Source: Nitrospirota bacterium
Lineage (GTDB): Bacteria > Nitrospirota > Thermodesulfovibrionia > UBA6902
Assembly: GCA_016222905.1 (NCBI GenBank)
Contig: JACRPZ010000049.1
Span: 532 to 64,531 of the forward strand
Length of the DNA: 64,000 nucleotides
Direction: 5' to 3'
Shown here piece after piece: positions 20,361 through 29,815 of this stretch (the first letter of the stretch is position 1; each line of letters begins with the position of its first letter). The notes under the pieces were generated by a model, which was given only the letters and a program-made list of their open reading frames with translations, searched no databases and was not told the DNA's origin. The position numbers and the translations under genes are program-made.

Positions 20361-22646
20361 GTGGAGCAAGTTTTTATGAGACTGAAAATTAGCATAACCG
20401 GTGTTGTTCAGGGCGTTGGCTTCAGGCCGTTCATCTACAGGCTTGCCAAAGATATCGGGTTGAAGGGATATGTTCAGAACGATACGGGGGGAGTTACTAT
20501 CGAAGCTGAAGGTGCGGAGTCTCTGCTCACAGATTTTCTTTTCCGCATTGAGAAGGAGAAACCGGCTCTCTCACAGATATTCAGTCTCAGGCACTCTTTT
20601 CTGCATGATAAGGGATTTAAGGAGTTTGTCATTAAAGAGAGTGATAAGGAAGGTGAAATCAGAGTCTCTGTTCTCCCTGACATAGAGACCTGTGACGAAT
20701 GCTTATATGATATTTCTACTAAAGGCAATAGAAGGTTCAATTATCCCTTCACCAACTGCACTAACTGCGGCCCGCGTTTTACCATCATAGAAGATCTCCC
20801 TTATGACAGGAAGAATACATCCATGAAGTATTTCAGGATGTGCGCTGATTGTGAGAGGGAATACAACGACCCTTCAGACCGAAGGTTTCATGCCCAGCCT
20901 GACGCATGTCCTGTCTGTGGGCCTTTCATTACTTTAATAAACCCCACTTTAGAAAATGGGGGCATGGGGGGATTTAAATATCAGAAAGATGATGCCATTA
21001 ATAAGTGCGTTGAACTTATAAAAGAAGGCAATATCATCGCCATAAAGGGATTAGGCGGTTATCACCTTGTATGTGACGCAATGAATGAAACTTCTGTCAG
21101 AATTTTGAGAGAGAGAAAGCAAAGGGAAGAGAGGCCGGTTGCGGTCATGTTTGCTGATATTGAATCAGTAGAGGCGGAGGCGCATGTAAGCATGCTTGAA
21201 GAGCGTGCATTGTGCTCAGTCGAGCGGCCTATCGTCATTCTTAGAAAGAAGAAAGGGACGAGGCTTCCTGATTCAATCTCTCCCGGCAATGACACCATAG
21301 GTGCATTCCTGCCGTACACACCACTTCACCATATAATATTGCAGAGACTGAAGAGGCCTGTTGTGGCAACGAGCGCTAATATTTCAGACGAACCGATTGC
21401 AAAAGATGAGGATGACGCATTTAAGAGGCTTTCAGGCATAGCCGATTATTTTCTGACGAACAATAGAAAGATAGTCAGGAGGTGCGATGACTCAGTGGTT
21501 AGGATAGTTGCTGAAAGACAGATACCTATAAGGCGTTCAAGAGGCTTCGTTCCCCTGCCCGTGATACTTCCTTTCAGACTTGAAAAGCCGGTGCTTGCGC
21601 TCGGCCCCTATATGAATAATACGATAGCTGTCGGGATTGATGATAAGGTTTATCTCTCCCAGCATGTAGGTGATCTTGAGACGCCTCTTGCAATGGAGTT
21701 CTATGAAGAGACGGTCAATGACTTTTTGAGGCTTTTCAATATCAAACCTGAGGTGGTTGTATCTGATATGCATCCGGGTTACTACAGCACGATCTTCGGA
21801 GAGATGCATTATAAAGATAAGCTTGTAAAGGTCCAGCACCACTTCTCGCATATACTTTCCTGCATGGCTGAGAATGACATTCAGAATGATGAAGAGGTGA
21901 TAGGCTTTGCATTTGACGGGACCGGCTACGGAACTGATAAGACGGTATGGGGCAGCGAGGTGATGACAGCGTCATATTCCGGTTTCAAAAGATTATATCA
22001 TCTCCGCCCTTACAGACTTCCCGGTGGGGAGAAGGCAGTTAAAGAACCTTTCAGAATAGCTTTGTCTTTATTGTATGAAACATTCGGAGATGCATCAGAG
22101 TTTGATCTTCTCTCTTTATCTGGAAAAGAGAGACGCTTTTATACGGACATGATAAAAAAGGGCGTTAACTCGCCTCTGACAACGAGCATGGGAAGGCTCT
22201 TTGACGGCGTTGCTTCCATTATCGGCTTAAAGCACCATGTGTCGTATCATGCCCAGGCCCCGGTCATGCTTGAGCAGGCAGCTCAAAGGTCAGACGAAGA
22301 GGTAAAGTATGAATTCAGAATAGAAGAGAGTTTGATTGACTTCAGGCCTATTATCCAGGAGATTGTAAGGGACAAGCGGTCAGAAGTTCCGATTGAGGTC
22401 ATATCAAAAAAATTTCACAACACCATTATTGAGATCATCCTATCTCTTTCAGAGTCATTAAGAAAGAGCGCCGGCATTACAAAAGTCGCGCTTTCAGGCG
22501 GGGTATTTCAGAACGCGATACTTCTTACCGGGGTATTTAATAAATTGAATGAGAGGGGTTTTACTCCTTTGATCCATCAGCTTGTTCCGCCCAATGACGG
22601 GGGTATATCACTGGGGCAGATCGTGGCTGGTAATTTTCAACGTTGA
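20361..22646 (+). CDS. hypF: Carbamoyltransferase HypF
   Basis: Acylphosphatase GVVQGVGFRPF, Zn fingers CTNCGPR and RRFHAQP, QHHFSH, DGTGYG and PNDGGISLGQ; start GTG 20361 or ATG 20376. Confidence 0.97.
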   Translation: MEQVFMRLKISITGVVQGVGFRPFIYRLAKDIGLKGYVQNDTGGVTIEAEGAESLLTDFLFRIEKEKPALSQIFSLRHSFLHDKGFKEFVIKESDKEGEIRVSVLPDIETCDECLYDISTKGNRRFNYPFTNCTNCGPRFTIIEDLPYDRKNTSMKYFRMCADCEREYNDPSDRRFHAQPDACPVCGPFITLINPTLENGGMGGFKYQKDDAINKCVELIKEGNIIAIKGLGGYHLVCDAMNETSVRILRERKQREERPVAVMFADIESVEAEAHVSMLEERALCSVERPIVILRKKKGTRLPDSISPGNDTIGAFLPYTPLHHIILQRLKRPVVATSANISDEPIAKDEDDAFKRLSGIADYFLTNNRKIVRRCDDSVVRIVAERQIPIRRSRGFVPLPVILPFRLEKPVLALGPYMNNTIAVGIDDKVYLSQHVGDLETPLAMEFYEETVNDFLRLFNIKPEVVVSDMHPGYYSTIFGEMHYKDKLVKVQHHFSHILSCMAENDIQNDEEVIGFAFDGTGYGTDKTVWGSEVMTASYSGFKRLYHLRPYRLPGGEKAVKEPFRIALSLLYETFGDASEFDLLSLSGKERRFYTDMIKKGVNSPLTTSMGRLFDGVASIIGLKHHVSYHAQAPVMLEQAAQRSDEEVKYEFRIEESLIDFRPIIQEIVRDKRSEVPIEVISKKFHNTIIEIILSLSESLRKSAGITKVALSGGVFQNAILLTGVFNKLNERGFTPLIHQLVPPNDGGISLGQIVAGNFQR

Positions 22647-22747
22647 TTAGACAGACCTGCCTACACCAACAAGCTGACACAAACTATGTTGTAGATAACA
22701 TTATTTCACTTCACTGTCCGGTTAGGTTGTCATTAACTGATAGTCAA

Positions 22748-23815
22748 TTATAACCATCTTAGACTTTTCAATAATAGCAATATGAGAAAGCCGGAAATAA
22801 AACCGCCTATATGGGCATACCATGCTACTCCGCATGAACCTAAGGCTGCATTCAGCCATTGCTGACCAAAAAACCAGACCCCTAAATAAAGCCAGGCCGG
22901 AGAAGTAAATCTGATGCTTCGAAAATAAACTAAAGAAAATGCAGAAATGCGAGCCTTTGGATATAAAAGCAAATAACCTCCCAATATGCCAGAGATAGCG
23001 CCGCTGGCCCCCAATGTCGGGAGATCGGGCCTGTCTGTGACTAATGCATGAGTAAAATCTGCAATAACTCCACAAAATAAATATACAGATAAGTATTTGA
23101 TCGGCCCAAGGCGGTCTTCGACATTGTCGCCAAAAACCCAAAGATAGTACATATTCCCAATAAGGTGAAATATATTGGCATGCATAAACATCGAAGTAAA
23201 AACAGTATGTATATTCGTTAGCGGAGAAGAAAGAAGCGATGCCGGGACCATAAGCAAAAAAGTATTATCCTTCAAATAAAGACAATATATGAAGATAAGA
23301 GTATTAATGATTATTAATGACGCAGTAGTATATGGGAAGCTTCTTGTAGGATTATCGTCTTTAATTAGGCCTAATAATGAGGCTCCAAGCGGAGCATCTT
23401 CTTCAATTTCCCATGTGTCAGCCTGATCATCATAATCCTTTAGTTGTAATTTTTGGGATGGCGTAGCCGTAATATACCATTGTGTCAAGGGTTGAAGGTG
23501 ACATCGTCTGATCCAAACTCCCATACAGCCAACACACTTCAATATCTTTATCTTAAGATCGGGTATGCTGATCTGTTCTACAGCTTGATTACACTTTGGA
23601 CAAAAACCACCGCCGTTAAAACCAAAATCATTATTAGTCTTTAGTTGTTTTTCATTCAGTAAAACATTATGCCAGTCACTGTCTGCTTTATTACTTAAAT
23701 ATTGAGGAAGCTCATTCCTATCGAACCATGCCCCATCACATTCTGAACACGATTCAATTTCAATACCATGAGTATTTATAGTAACCAAGCTTTTGTTACA
23801 GACTGGGCATTGCAT
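22748..23815 (-). CDS. Rhomboid intramembrane serine protease with two N-terminal zinc ribbons
   Basis: CPVC/CSECDGAWFD and CPKC/CVGCMGVW zf-TFIIB-like repeats; HLIGNM, GDNVED, GASGAISG and AHIGG. Confidence 0.9.
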   Translation of the reverse strand: MQCPVCNKSLVTINTHGIEIESCSECDGAWFDRNELPQYLSNKADSDWHNVLLNEKQLKTNNDFGFNGGGFCPKCNQAVEQISIPDLKIKILKCVGCMGVWIRRCHLQPLTQWYITATPSQKLQLKDYDDQADTWEIEEDAPLGASLLGLIKDDNPTRSFPYTTASLIIINTLIFIYCLYLKDNTFLLMVPASLLSSPLTNIHTVFTSMFMHANIFHLIGNMYYLWVFGDNVEDRLGPIKYLSVYLFCGVIADFTHALVTDRPDLPTLGASGAISGILGGYLLLYPKARISAFSLVYFRSIRFTSPAWLYLGVWFFGQQWLNAALGSCGVAWYAHIGGFISGFLILLLLKSLRWL

Positions 23816-23819
23816 AATT

Positions 23820-23881
23820 TATTAACGGTTGAACTCAGTAGCAAGCGTGGGCGACTGTCACGCTGGAGCGTTTTGTTATGT
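23820..23881 (-). mobile_element. Integron attC-like site
   Basis: Minus strand ACATAAC-AAAAC-GCTCCAGC...ACTGAGT-TCAACC-GTTAATA: R''/L''/L'/R' boxes with 5- and 6-nt spacers, 62 bp. Confidence 0.65.
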
Positions 23882-23962
23882 GTTTATTAATGTTTACCAA
23901 GAGATTTATAGCTACATAGATTCTTGTTCTCCGGCAAATCGCGTATTTTAATCCAGTATTCT

Positions 23963-24703
23963 TCAATAAATGACCTTAACCAGGAACAAGGCATGAGGAG
24001 GGGCCGTAAAGCCGGCCTCTGAACGTTTTTCTTTTTCAAACATCTCTTTAACTTCTGAAACAGAAAGCTCCCCTAAACCAACCTGAATAATTGTCCCCGT
24101 AATCACTCTGACCATTTTATGAAGAAAACCATCTCCTGAAAAATTGAGAGTTATCTCACTCTCTTTTTTAAGAATCTCGATCTTTGAGATAGTCCTCACG
24201 GTCGATTTGTTCTTGGACTTCAAGGCTGTAAAACTCCGGAAGTCTTTGGTCCCGATAAACAACTCCGCAGCCTGTTTCATCTTTTCAATATTCAGAGGTT
24301 TTTTTATGTGTAAATAATAGTCCCTGTTGAAGATATTCTTTTTAGAAGGATGGTTCCATATCCGGTACAAGTACTCTTTCCCTTTTGCATTCAGCCTTGA
24401 ATGGAAACGTTCAGGCACTTCCCGGATCTCCAGGAGATTAATATCATCCGGAAGGTATTTATGAAGATACTCCTCTATTTCTGAAAGTCCCTTTTGACTT
24501 TTAGTATGAAAATTTGCAACTTGACCCAGCGCATGGACTCCTGTGTCTGTACGGCCTGCTCCATGAAGCTCAATTTTTTCTTCAGTCATCAGTTGCAGCA
24601 CATGCTCAATTCTTCCCTGGACCGTGCTTTTAATAGCCGTCTGGCGCTGCCATCCTTTATAACGGCGGCCATCATATTCCAAAACAAGTTTAATGTTACG
24701 CAT
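23963..24703 (-). CDS. truA: tRNA pseudouridine(38-40) synthase TruA
   Basis: EYDG..YKGWQRQ, AGRTDTGVHA, FHSR, GDGFLHKMVR and TAPPHALFL. Confidence 0.95.
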   Translation of the reverse strand: MRNIKLVLEYDGRRYKGWQRQTAIKSTVQGRIEHVLQLMTEEKIELHGAGRTDTGVHALGQVANFHTKSQKGLSEIEEYLHKYLPDDINLLEIREVPERFHSRLNAKGKEYLYRIWNHPSKKNIFNRDYYLHIKKPLNIEKMKQAAELFIGTKDFRSFTALKSKNKSTVRTISKIEILKKESEITLNFSGDGFLHKMVRVITGTIIQVGLGELSVSEVKEMFEKEKRSEAGFTAPPHALFLVKVIY

Positions 24704-24710
24704 AAATTTC

Positions 24711-24779
24711 TTCCAATGTGCAAGCTAACCGGTGCGGGCGGTTTTATCTAACTCGTCCGTGTCGAGCGGTCGGTTAAGC
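24711..24779 (-). mobile_element. Integron attC-like site with degenerate core
   Basis: Minus strand GCTTAAC-CGACC-GCTCGACA...GGTTAGC-TTGCAC-ATTGGAA; the R' GTT has become ATT. Confidence 0.6.
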
Positions 24780-25426
24780 CAAGATGTTACTTTTGATGCC
24801 TGATGAAGCATTACTGCTGGGTTGTGCATGTAGGTAAGCAACTGTGTATAGAAGGTGACGAGATTACGGAGCGGCTCAGAGAACTCGGCTCCCAAGCGGT
24901 ACACTTCAATTGCTTTTAGATCAGAAAGTATGTCCAGTTGCGTTGATGCGTTGTGGTCTCTATGAGCGCCAACGTAATTGCGAACCTTTTTAAGAAAGCG
25001 TGAGTTATTTTTCTGAAACTGGCTCAACTTGGCGTTAATTTCATTTAGTGCCGTAATCCAATTATCGTCAAGTTCCAAGACGTTCAACCAGTTTCTGTAT
25101 TGCTTCCCAAGCAACTGTGATACGTCCTCCGCCCCCTCGTGTAGCAATACCGCAAGACCTCGTGCGAAGAATTGGCGTTTCCACTCAGACTTGGCGAAGA
25201 AGATGCTTTCGCTATAGGCACTAATATCCTGCTCAAGCAGTGCGATAAAAAGCCCAACATTGTAAACGCCAAGATATGCAGGAACATTGGCGCGAGTGGC
25301 CTCATCGCATCTTTGCTTTAACACCACAATCAGGCCTTCAGTGACCTTTCTCCGGTTGCGATTCCGCCAACGAAAACGCATTCGCTTCGGAATCAGTAGT
25401 AGTTGCAGAAGCCATTCCATAGTCAA
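24725..25426 (-). CDS. Hypothetical helical protein, probable gene cassette
   Basis: Starts right after a GTTAGGC core (25428-25434) and reads into the attC; contains RNYVGAH (RxxxxxH, HEPN-like, tentative). Confidence 0.6.
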   Translation of the reverse strand: MTMEWLLQLLLIPKRMRFRWRNRNRRKVTEGLIVVLKQRCDEATRANVPAYLGVYNVGLFIALLEQDISAYSESIFFAKSEWKRQFFARGLAVLLHEGAEDVSQLLGKQYRNWLNVLELDDNWITALNEINAKLSQFQKNNSRFLKKVRNYVGAHRDHNASTQLDILSDLKAIEVYRLGAEFSEPLRNLVTFYTQLLTYMHNPAVMLHQASKVTSWLNRPLDTDELDKTARTG

Positions 25427-25585
25427 AGCCTAACAATTATTTTTACACTTGTTCTATTTTTTGATAAATTATATCCCTGCTAATGTAAATAATCAATCAT
25501 TTTTATGAAAAGTGTAATTCGCTCAATTGACAAGCAATCTCCAGAGTGTTATTCTCATAAAAAACTTATTCAAAGGAGAAGAAAT

Positions 25586-26230
25586 ATGAATAGACTTAAA
25601 GGAATCGTGACCGCATTAGTTGTTGCCATTATTTTTGCCGTGACCGCATGGGCTTCAGACAAGACATTTCAGGAAACAGATATTGAATATTCCGCAGACG
25701 AGCAGATGGAGACAGAAGATATGGCTATGCAAGCCAAAGTCTACCACGCGCCGGGCAAAGAGCGAAGAGAACAGGACATGAGCGGAATGCAGCAGATCAT
25801 GATTATGCGAAGGGATAAAAGCGTTGTCTGGATGTTAATGCCGGATCAGAAGATGTATATGGAGATGAAGATGGGGCAGGGTAAAGAAGATACCGCAGAT
25901 CTCAAAGACTATACGATTGAATATTCTGTTGTAGGAGAAGAAGTTATAAACGGAATCAATACAACAAAGAACAAGGTCATCGTAACAGACAAGAAAGGGA
26001 ACAAGTTCGGCGGATTTATGTGGGTCTCAAAGGAAGGGATTATGGTCAAGATGGATACTGTTTCAAAGGTTGAAGGCTCAAAGATGCGCGTAAAGATGGA
26101 ACGCAAGAACATTAAAATTGAAAACCAGAATCCGAAACTCTTTGAGATCCCTTCCGGCTACAACAAGATGTCAATGCCGGGCATGGGCGGCGGCTTTAAC
26201 ATGCAGGACATGATGAAGGGCATGGAGTAA
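25586..26230 (+). CDS. Exported DUF4412-like (LolA-like fold) protein
   Basis: Signal peptide, Met-rich beta strands, VGEEVING..T.K and LFEIPSGYNKM; RBS AAGGAG. Confidence 0.7.
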   Translation: MNRLKGIVTALVVAIIFAVTAWASDKTFQETDIEYSADEQMETEDMAMQAKVYHAPGKERREQDMSGMQQIMIMRRDKSVVWMLMPDQKMYMEMKMGQGKEDTADLKDYTIEYSVVGEEVINGINTTKNKVIVTDKKGNKFGGFMWVSKEGIMVKMDTVSKVEGSKMRVKMERKNIKIENQNPKLFEIPSGYNKMSMPGMGGGFNMQDMMKGME

Positions 26231-26236
26231 GAAAAG

Positions 26237-27274
26237 ATGAGACAGGGATATTTTAAATTATTATTGCTGTTAGCCTGTGTTGCCTTCCTATGCATGACAC
26301 ATACCGCTTATGGAGACTGCGTAGGTTATTTCAATAAGGAAATGAGAGTATTTTTTGATAAGGCTGTCTCCGCTGAAAAGAGAGGGGAGCTTACAGAGGC
26401 TTTTGAAGATTATGCAAAGGCACGGGATGAGTCCGGATGCGACGGCAAAAACCCCGTTTCAGGCGATGCAAAGGCCGGATGCATGAGAATCGCCAAAAAG
26501 ATGAGCGATGAAGAGGAGAAGAAGGGTAATCTTTACAAATCCGTTGAACTCGATAAAGGCGCTGGTGCTTTTCAGTGGCTTGAGGCAGGATGGAATTTTG
26601 CCGACGCAGACCGTATGATGATGAAGATGATAAAGAGAAAACCGGAAGATGTTGAGGTATTCAAGATCGCTGTCGGGCATTTCCGGGGAAGAGAGGAGAG
26701 GAGCGAAGACTTACAGAAATCATACGGTTTCAAAGTTGATTTAAGTTATCTCAGGGAGCTTGAAGTCACGGCGTCAAACAACGGCGATAACGTACTTAAC
26801 AAAGAAGAGAAGGAGTTCGCAAAGAATGTGATAGATCTCGGGGGCTCGAATGTCGACAGATCACTCAGGCAGCTCTCAAATGCCCGCCAGTGGTTCGCAT
26901 TTTTTAAGGATGCAAAGGAAAAAAAGGTTATTGAACGAGCTGAAAAGAGGGGCGACAATTTTTACGCGGATGATAATCAGCCTCAATCCCTTGAAGAGGC
27001 GATAAGGTATTATGAGGCTGCCAATGATCAGGGGAAGATAAAAAAGGTGAAAGAGAAGGCCGTTAGGCTGGCGGAGGCGGCTGTAAAAGAGGGGATACTC
27101 TTAAGGGCTGTGCATTATTACAACATTGCAGGCAACCACGATAAAGCGGAAAAGCTTGAAAATAGCGTGCAGGAACGCAGTATGAAGCAAGAGAAAGAGA
27201 TGCTCAAAGACGAGAGTCAGAAGAAGAAGTTCAGAAAAGAGCAGGATGATCTGGAAAAAGAACTCGGGATGTGA
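26237..27274 (+). CDS. Exported alpha-helical repeat hypothetical protein
   Basis: Signal peptide, TPR-like A..YYE.A motifs; 6 nt downstream of the previous gene. Confidence 0.65.
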   Translation: MRQGYFKLLLLLACVAFLCMTHTAYGDCVGYFNKEMRVFFDKAVSAEKRGELTEAFEDYAKARDESGCDGKNPVSGDAKAGCMRIAKKMSDEEEKKGNLYKSVELDKGAGAFQWLEAGWNFADADRMMMKMIKRKPEDVEVFKIAVGHFRGREERSEDLQKSYGFKVDLSYLRELEVTASNNGDNVLNKEEKEFAKNVIDLGGSNVDRSLRQLSNARQWFAFFKDAKEKKVIERAEKRGDNFYADDNQPQSLEEAIRYYEAANDQGKIKKVKEKAVRLAEAAVKEGILLRAVHYYNIAGNHDKAEKLENSVQERSMKQEKEMLKDESQKKKFRKEQDDLEKELGM

Positions 27275-27589
27275 AGTTATGAATTCTCAGCGCTCGGCCT
27301 TATTTTCAATAGTCAGTATTTGCTGTGACCCCTCTTGTAAACGGAATTACTGACTTGCATTTTCATGTTAAGGTCTCGTCCCCAGCTTGTGGGCTGGCCC
27401 GAAAAGTACACCTACTTATCAACAATCTCAGGTGGTGGGAAAACTAATAATTTTTGATTGAAACATTCACAGTTCTAAAGCCCTACTTACTGACGCGTGC
27501 CACTGTAAGAAATGAGAAAAGAAAAAGACATTTTGCAGACAAAAAATATATTCAAACAGAACAAATATGCTCTCAAGTGACGATGTTTG

Positions 27590-28045
27590 TTAGGTAAGAT
27601 TTTTTACGTTCTTTTTTTTAACTTTTTTATCTTTTTGCCGTTGTAAAGACCAAGGTAAAGTGAGAGGAATTTCCATGGAATTTAAAATATTTGTTAAAAA
27701 AGCTCTAATTACAGGGAACAATTGATTTCCCAACAATTCAGTAACTTTTTTAAAATCTTTAGGGTCACTATTGTCGCTATCGATAATCAAATAATCTCCC
27801 CTAAACTTGGAGATTATTTGAAAATATTCATTCTTATCATTATCAATAGCTTTTAATTCTGTATTAAGACTAAGATAAAAGTCGTACTTATTCTCTTTGG
27901 GGTGAACATCAAATTTTACGGAATGCTTCATAGTGATGCCCAATGTTATTGACTGCTCAATATCCGGTTTGATAAATTTACTGGAACATTCAAGCAATCT
28001 TAATTTACCTAATTTACAAGTGTCAATGTAGGTTCTTTTTTCCAT
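27590..28045 (-). CDS. SecB-like chaperone (TAC system third component)
   Basis: QLFPVIRAFLTNILNSMEIPLTLP matches the SecB C-terminal helix motif; overlaps the end of hicB. Confidence 0.7.
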   Translation of the reverse strand: MEKRTYIDTCKLGKLRLLECSSKFIKPDIEQSITLGITMKHSVKFDVHPKENKYDFYLSLNTELKAIDNDKNEYFQIISKFRGDYLIIDSDNSDPKDFKKVTELLGNQLFPVIRAFLTNILNSMEIPLTLPWSLQRQKDKKVKKKNVKNLT

Positions 28046-28470
28046 TGCATATCCCTTTCAGTAACTTCTACTAATGTTTGTTCATATTTAACAGTAACTG
28101 TATGCTTATGATTATGAACAATCTCTTTTTGTTCTGTCTTGTTAAGATATTGTATTAAAGCCTTTTTTACAACGTCATTAATTGAAGTTTCATTTGTAGT
28201 AGCATAGTGCGCCAAAGTCTGATGCAATTCACTTCCTATCCTAACGTTAAAGGTACCGCTAAATGGTTTAAGTGGTTCTCTGCCAAGTTTTCTACATGTG
28301 TCTAAATAATCATCAACAGCATCTTTAAATTCAACTTCTATTTGTGCTGGAGATTCAGCTTCATATGTCACCAAATCGTCAATAAATAGAAGTTTGCCAT
28401 GAATACACTTGTTATCATTGCTGATTTCTTTTGAACCTAAAAAACCTTTATAACGTAATACGTTTTTCAT
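28009..28470 (-). CDS. hicB: HicB antitoxin with C-terminal extension
   Basis: YKGFLGS, HGKLLFIDDLVTYEA, AVDDYL, KPFSGTFNVRI and SINDVV, plus a tail of about 40 aa. Confidence 0.9.
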   Translation of the reverse strand: MKNVLRYKGFLGSKEISNDNKCIHGKLLFIDDLVTYEAESPAQIEVEFKDAVDDYLDTCRKLGREPLKPFSGTFNVRIGSELHQTLAHYATTNETSINDVVKKALIQYLNKTEQKEIVHNHKHTVTVKYEQTLVEVTERDMQWKKEPTLTLVN

Positions 28471-28718
28471 GGATGAATTCCTTTCTCTTCCAACTGAGTT
28501 GTTACGTCATTTACCATGTATGATTTTAGAATATTACTGGGGTGAGGTTTGTGTAAATTAATCAAACTATTCGATTCAGCATTGTAGAATTTAATTCTCG
28601 ATCCTCTCCCCCTGATTTCTTTGTAACCAAAACCAGACAAAAGGGTCTTTAGCTCTTCCCAAGTGAAATCCGTTGGCTTTGAAAAAAGCCGCTCTAATAA
28701 CTTAGCCTTCTTCGACAT
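28467..28718 (-). CDS. hicA: HicA toxin
   Basis: DFTWEEL..LL.GFGY, GSRIKF and LHKPHP. Confidence 0.9.
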   Translation of the reverse strand: MSKKAKLLERLFSKPTDFTWEELKTLLSGFGYKEIRGRGSRIKFYNAESNSLINLHKPHPSNILKSYMVNDVTTQLEEKGIHP

Positions 28719-29065
28719 TAATTATATAACCATATATTTTATTTTGCAACTATTTAATAGGTGCAATTTTTTATTAATCTGGATAGGGGGAGAAAGTTGT
28801 TATCTGAAAAACTAAGTGAGAGTAGCATAAATTTTAACGTGTGGTCAATGAAAAAAATGGCTTGACGTATCTGATGAATTTGTTTCACTTCCTATGGATA
28901 TTGATTAACATCAAAAACCTTATGTTTAGGGGCATGATTAAATAACAAGATAACAGGAAGGAAGTGTGATTTTGCATCTGTCTCTTTTAAGTATAGACAA
29001 ATAACATCAATCGAGAGTGAATGATCTGGCAAAAGAACTCGGACAGCATTGTCTTTAATAGAATT

Positions 29066-29170
29066 TCACTTCTTGTGTTTTCTATTGATAATCTCTTTGT
29101 AGAGTTCTCTGGCAGTCTTGTTGCCAAAAAGCCTCTTCTTGATTTCAAGGTAGTCTGTCTTTTGAGACAT
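29066..29170 (-). other. Small 34-aa ORF, possible antitoxin remnant
   Basis: MSQKTDYLEIKKRLFGNKTARELYKEIINRKHKK preceded by AGGGA. Confidence 0.3.
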
Positions 29171-29267
29171 TGGTTTCCCTAAAGAAAAAAGCGGATTTTG
29201 TAATTCCTAAATTTTTCACAATGACATTGACAACTTCACTTTTTAAAACTTTTGTATCCGGCAGCAA

Positions 29268-29486
29268 TCATTTCTTCAACCATTCATCATTACTTATGCC
29301 AGCCTGTCGCAAAAGTCTCTTCAAGAAACCTACCCCTATGTCAGCCTCATGCGGGTTAGGAATAATAAGCGTCAAATCTCCCCTTCGCATTTTCGGATGT
29401 TTGCCTCCAATATATGGGCCTTCAAATCCAAGCTCCTTCAATCTTGCAACAAAGTACTTCCATGTAACCGGATTGAGAGGCTCCAC
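29268..29486 (-). CDS. hicA: HicA family toxin
   Basis: LKELGFEGPYIGGKHPKM, IPNPH and LLRQAGIS. Confidence 0.88.
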   Translation of the reverse strand: MEPLNPVTWKYFVARLKELGFEGPYIGGKHPKMRRGDLTLIIPNPHEADIGVGFLKRLLRQAGISNDEWLKK

Positions 29487-29731
29487 TATGCTGCCTGTTC
29501 GACAACATTTAAATCAATCCCGTCGACAACCGGCAAGGCAAGCTTATTTCTTAAACGGTAGATGATCCAATCCTCCAGGGCCTCTTTGAGTTCATATCGG
29601 CACTTTTCAAGGGTTTCAGCCTTGCCCCATACCCCCTGGAAGCCGGGTAATTCACCCCAATAAGATTTTTCATCCTCTATGATTTCGTAATGGGCTGCTT
29701 CCATTGTCTTTTGAATATATTCACTCAGCAT
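29486..29731 (-). CDS. hicB: Short HicB family antitoxin
   Basis: YWGELPGFQGVWGKAETLEKCRYELKEALEDW; RBS AAGGAGG before ATG 29731. Confidence 0.88.
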   Translation of the reverse strand: MLSEYIQKTMEAAHYEIIEDEKSYWGELPGFQGVWGKAETLEKCRYELKEALEDWIIYRLRNKLALPVVDGIDLNVVEQAA

Positions 29732-29815
29732 AACGCCTCCTTTGAAACTGTTGTTCATCTGCAGAAATTATATCATGATTTGAAAGATATTGTGAAAAAA
29801 TTACAGCATTGATAT

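Noticed and set aside
22712-22727. TGTCCGGTTA motif shared with 34690-34699 as an IS end or third attC
   Set aside because: Only about 10 bp match, with no partner boxes or transposase.
27340-27460. Possible hsdS-like gene remnant (FPPPEIVDK) inside the islet
   Set aside because: Too short and interrupted by stops to assign.
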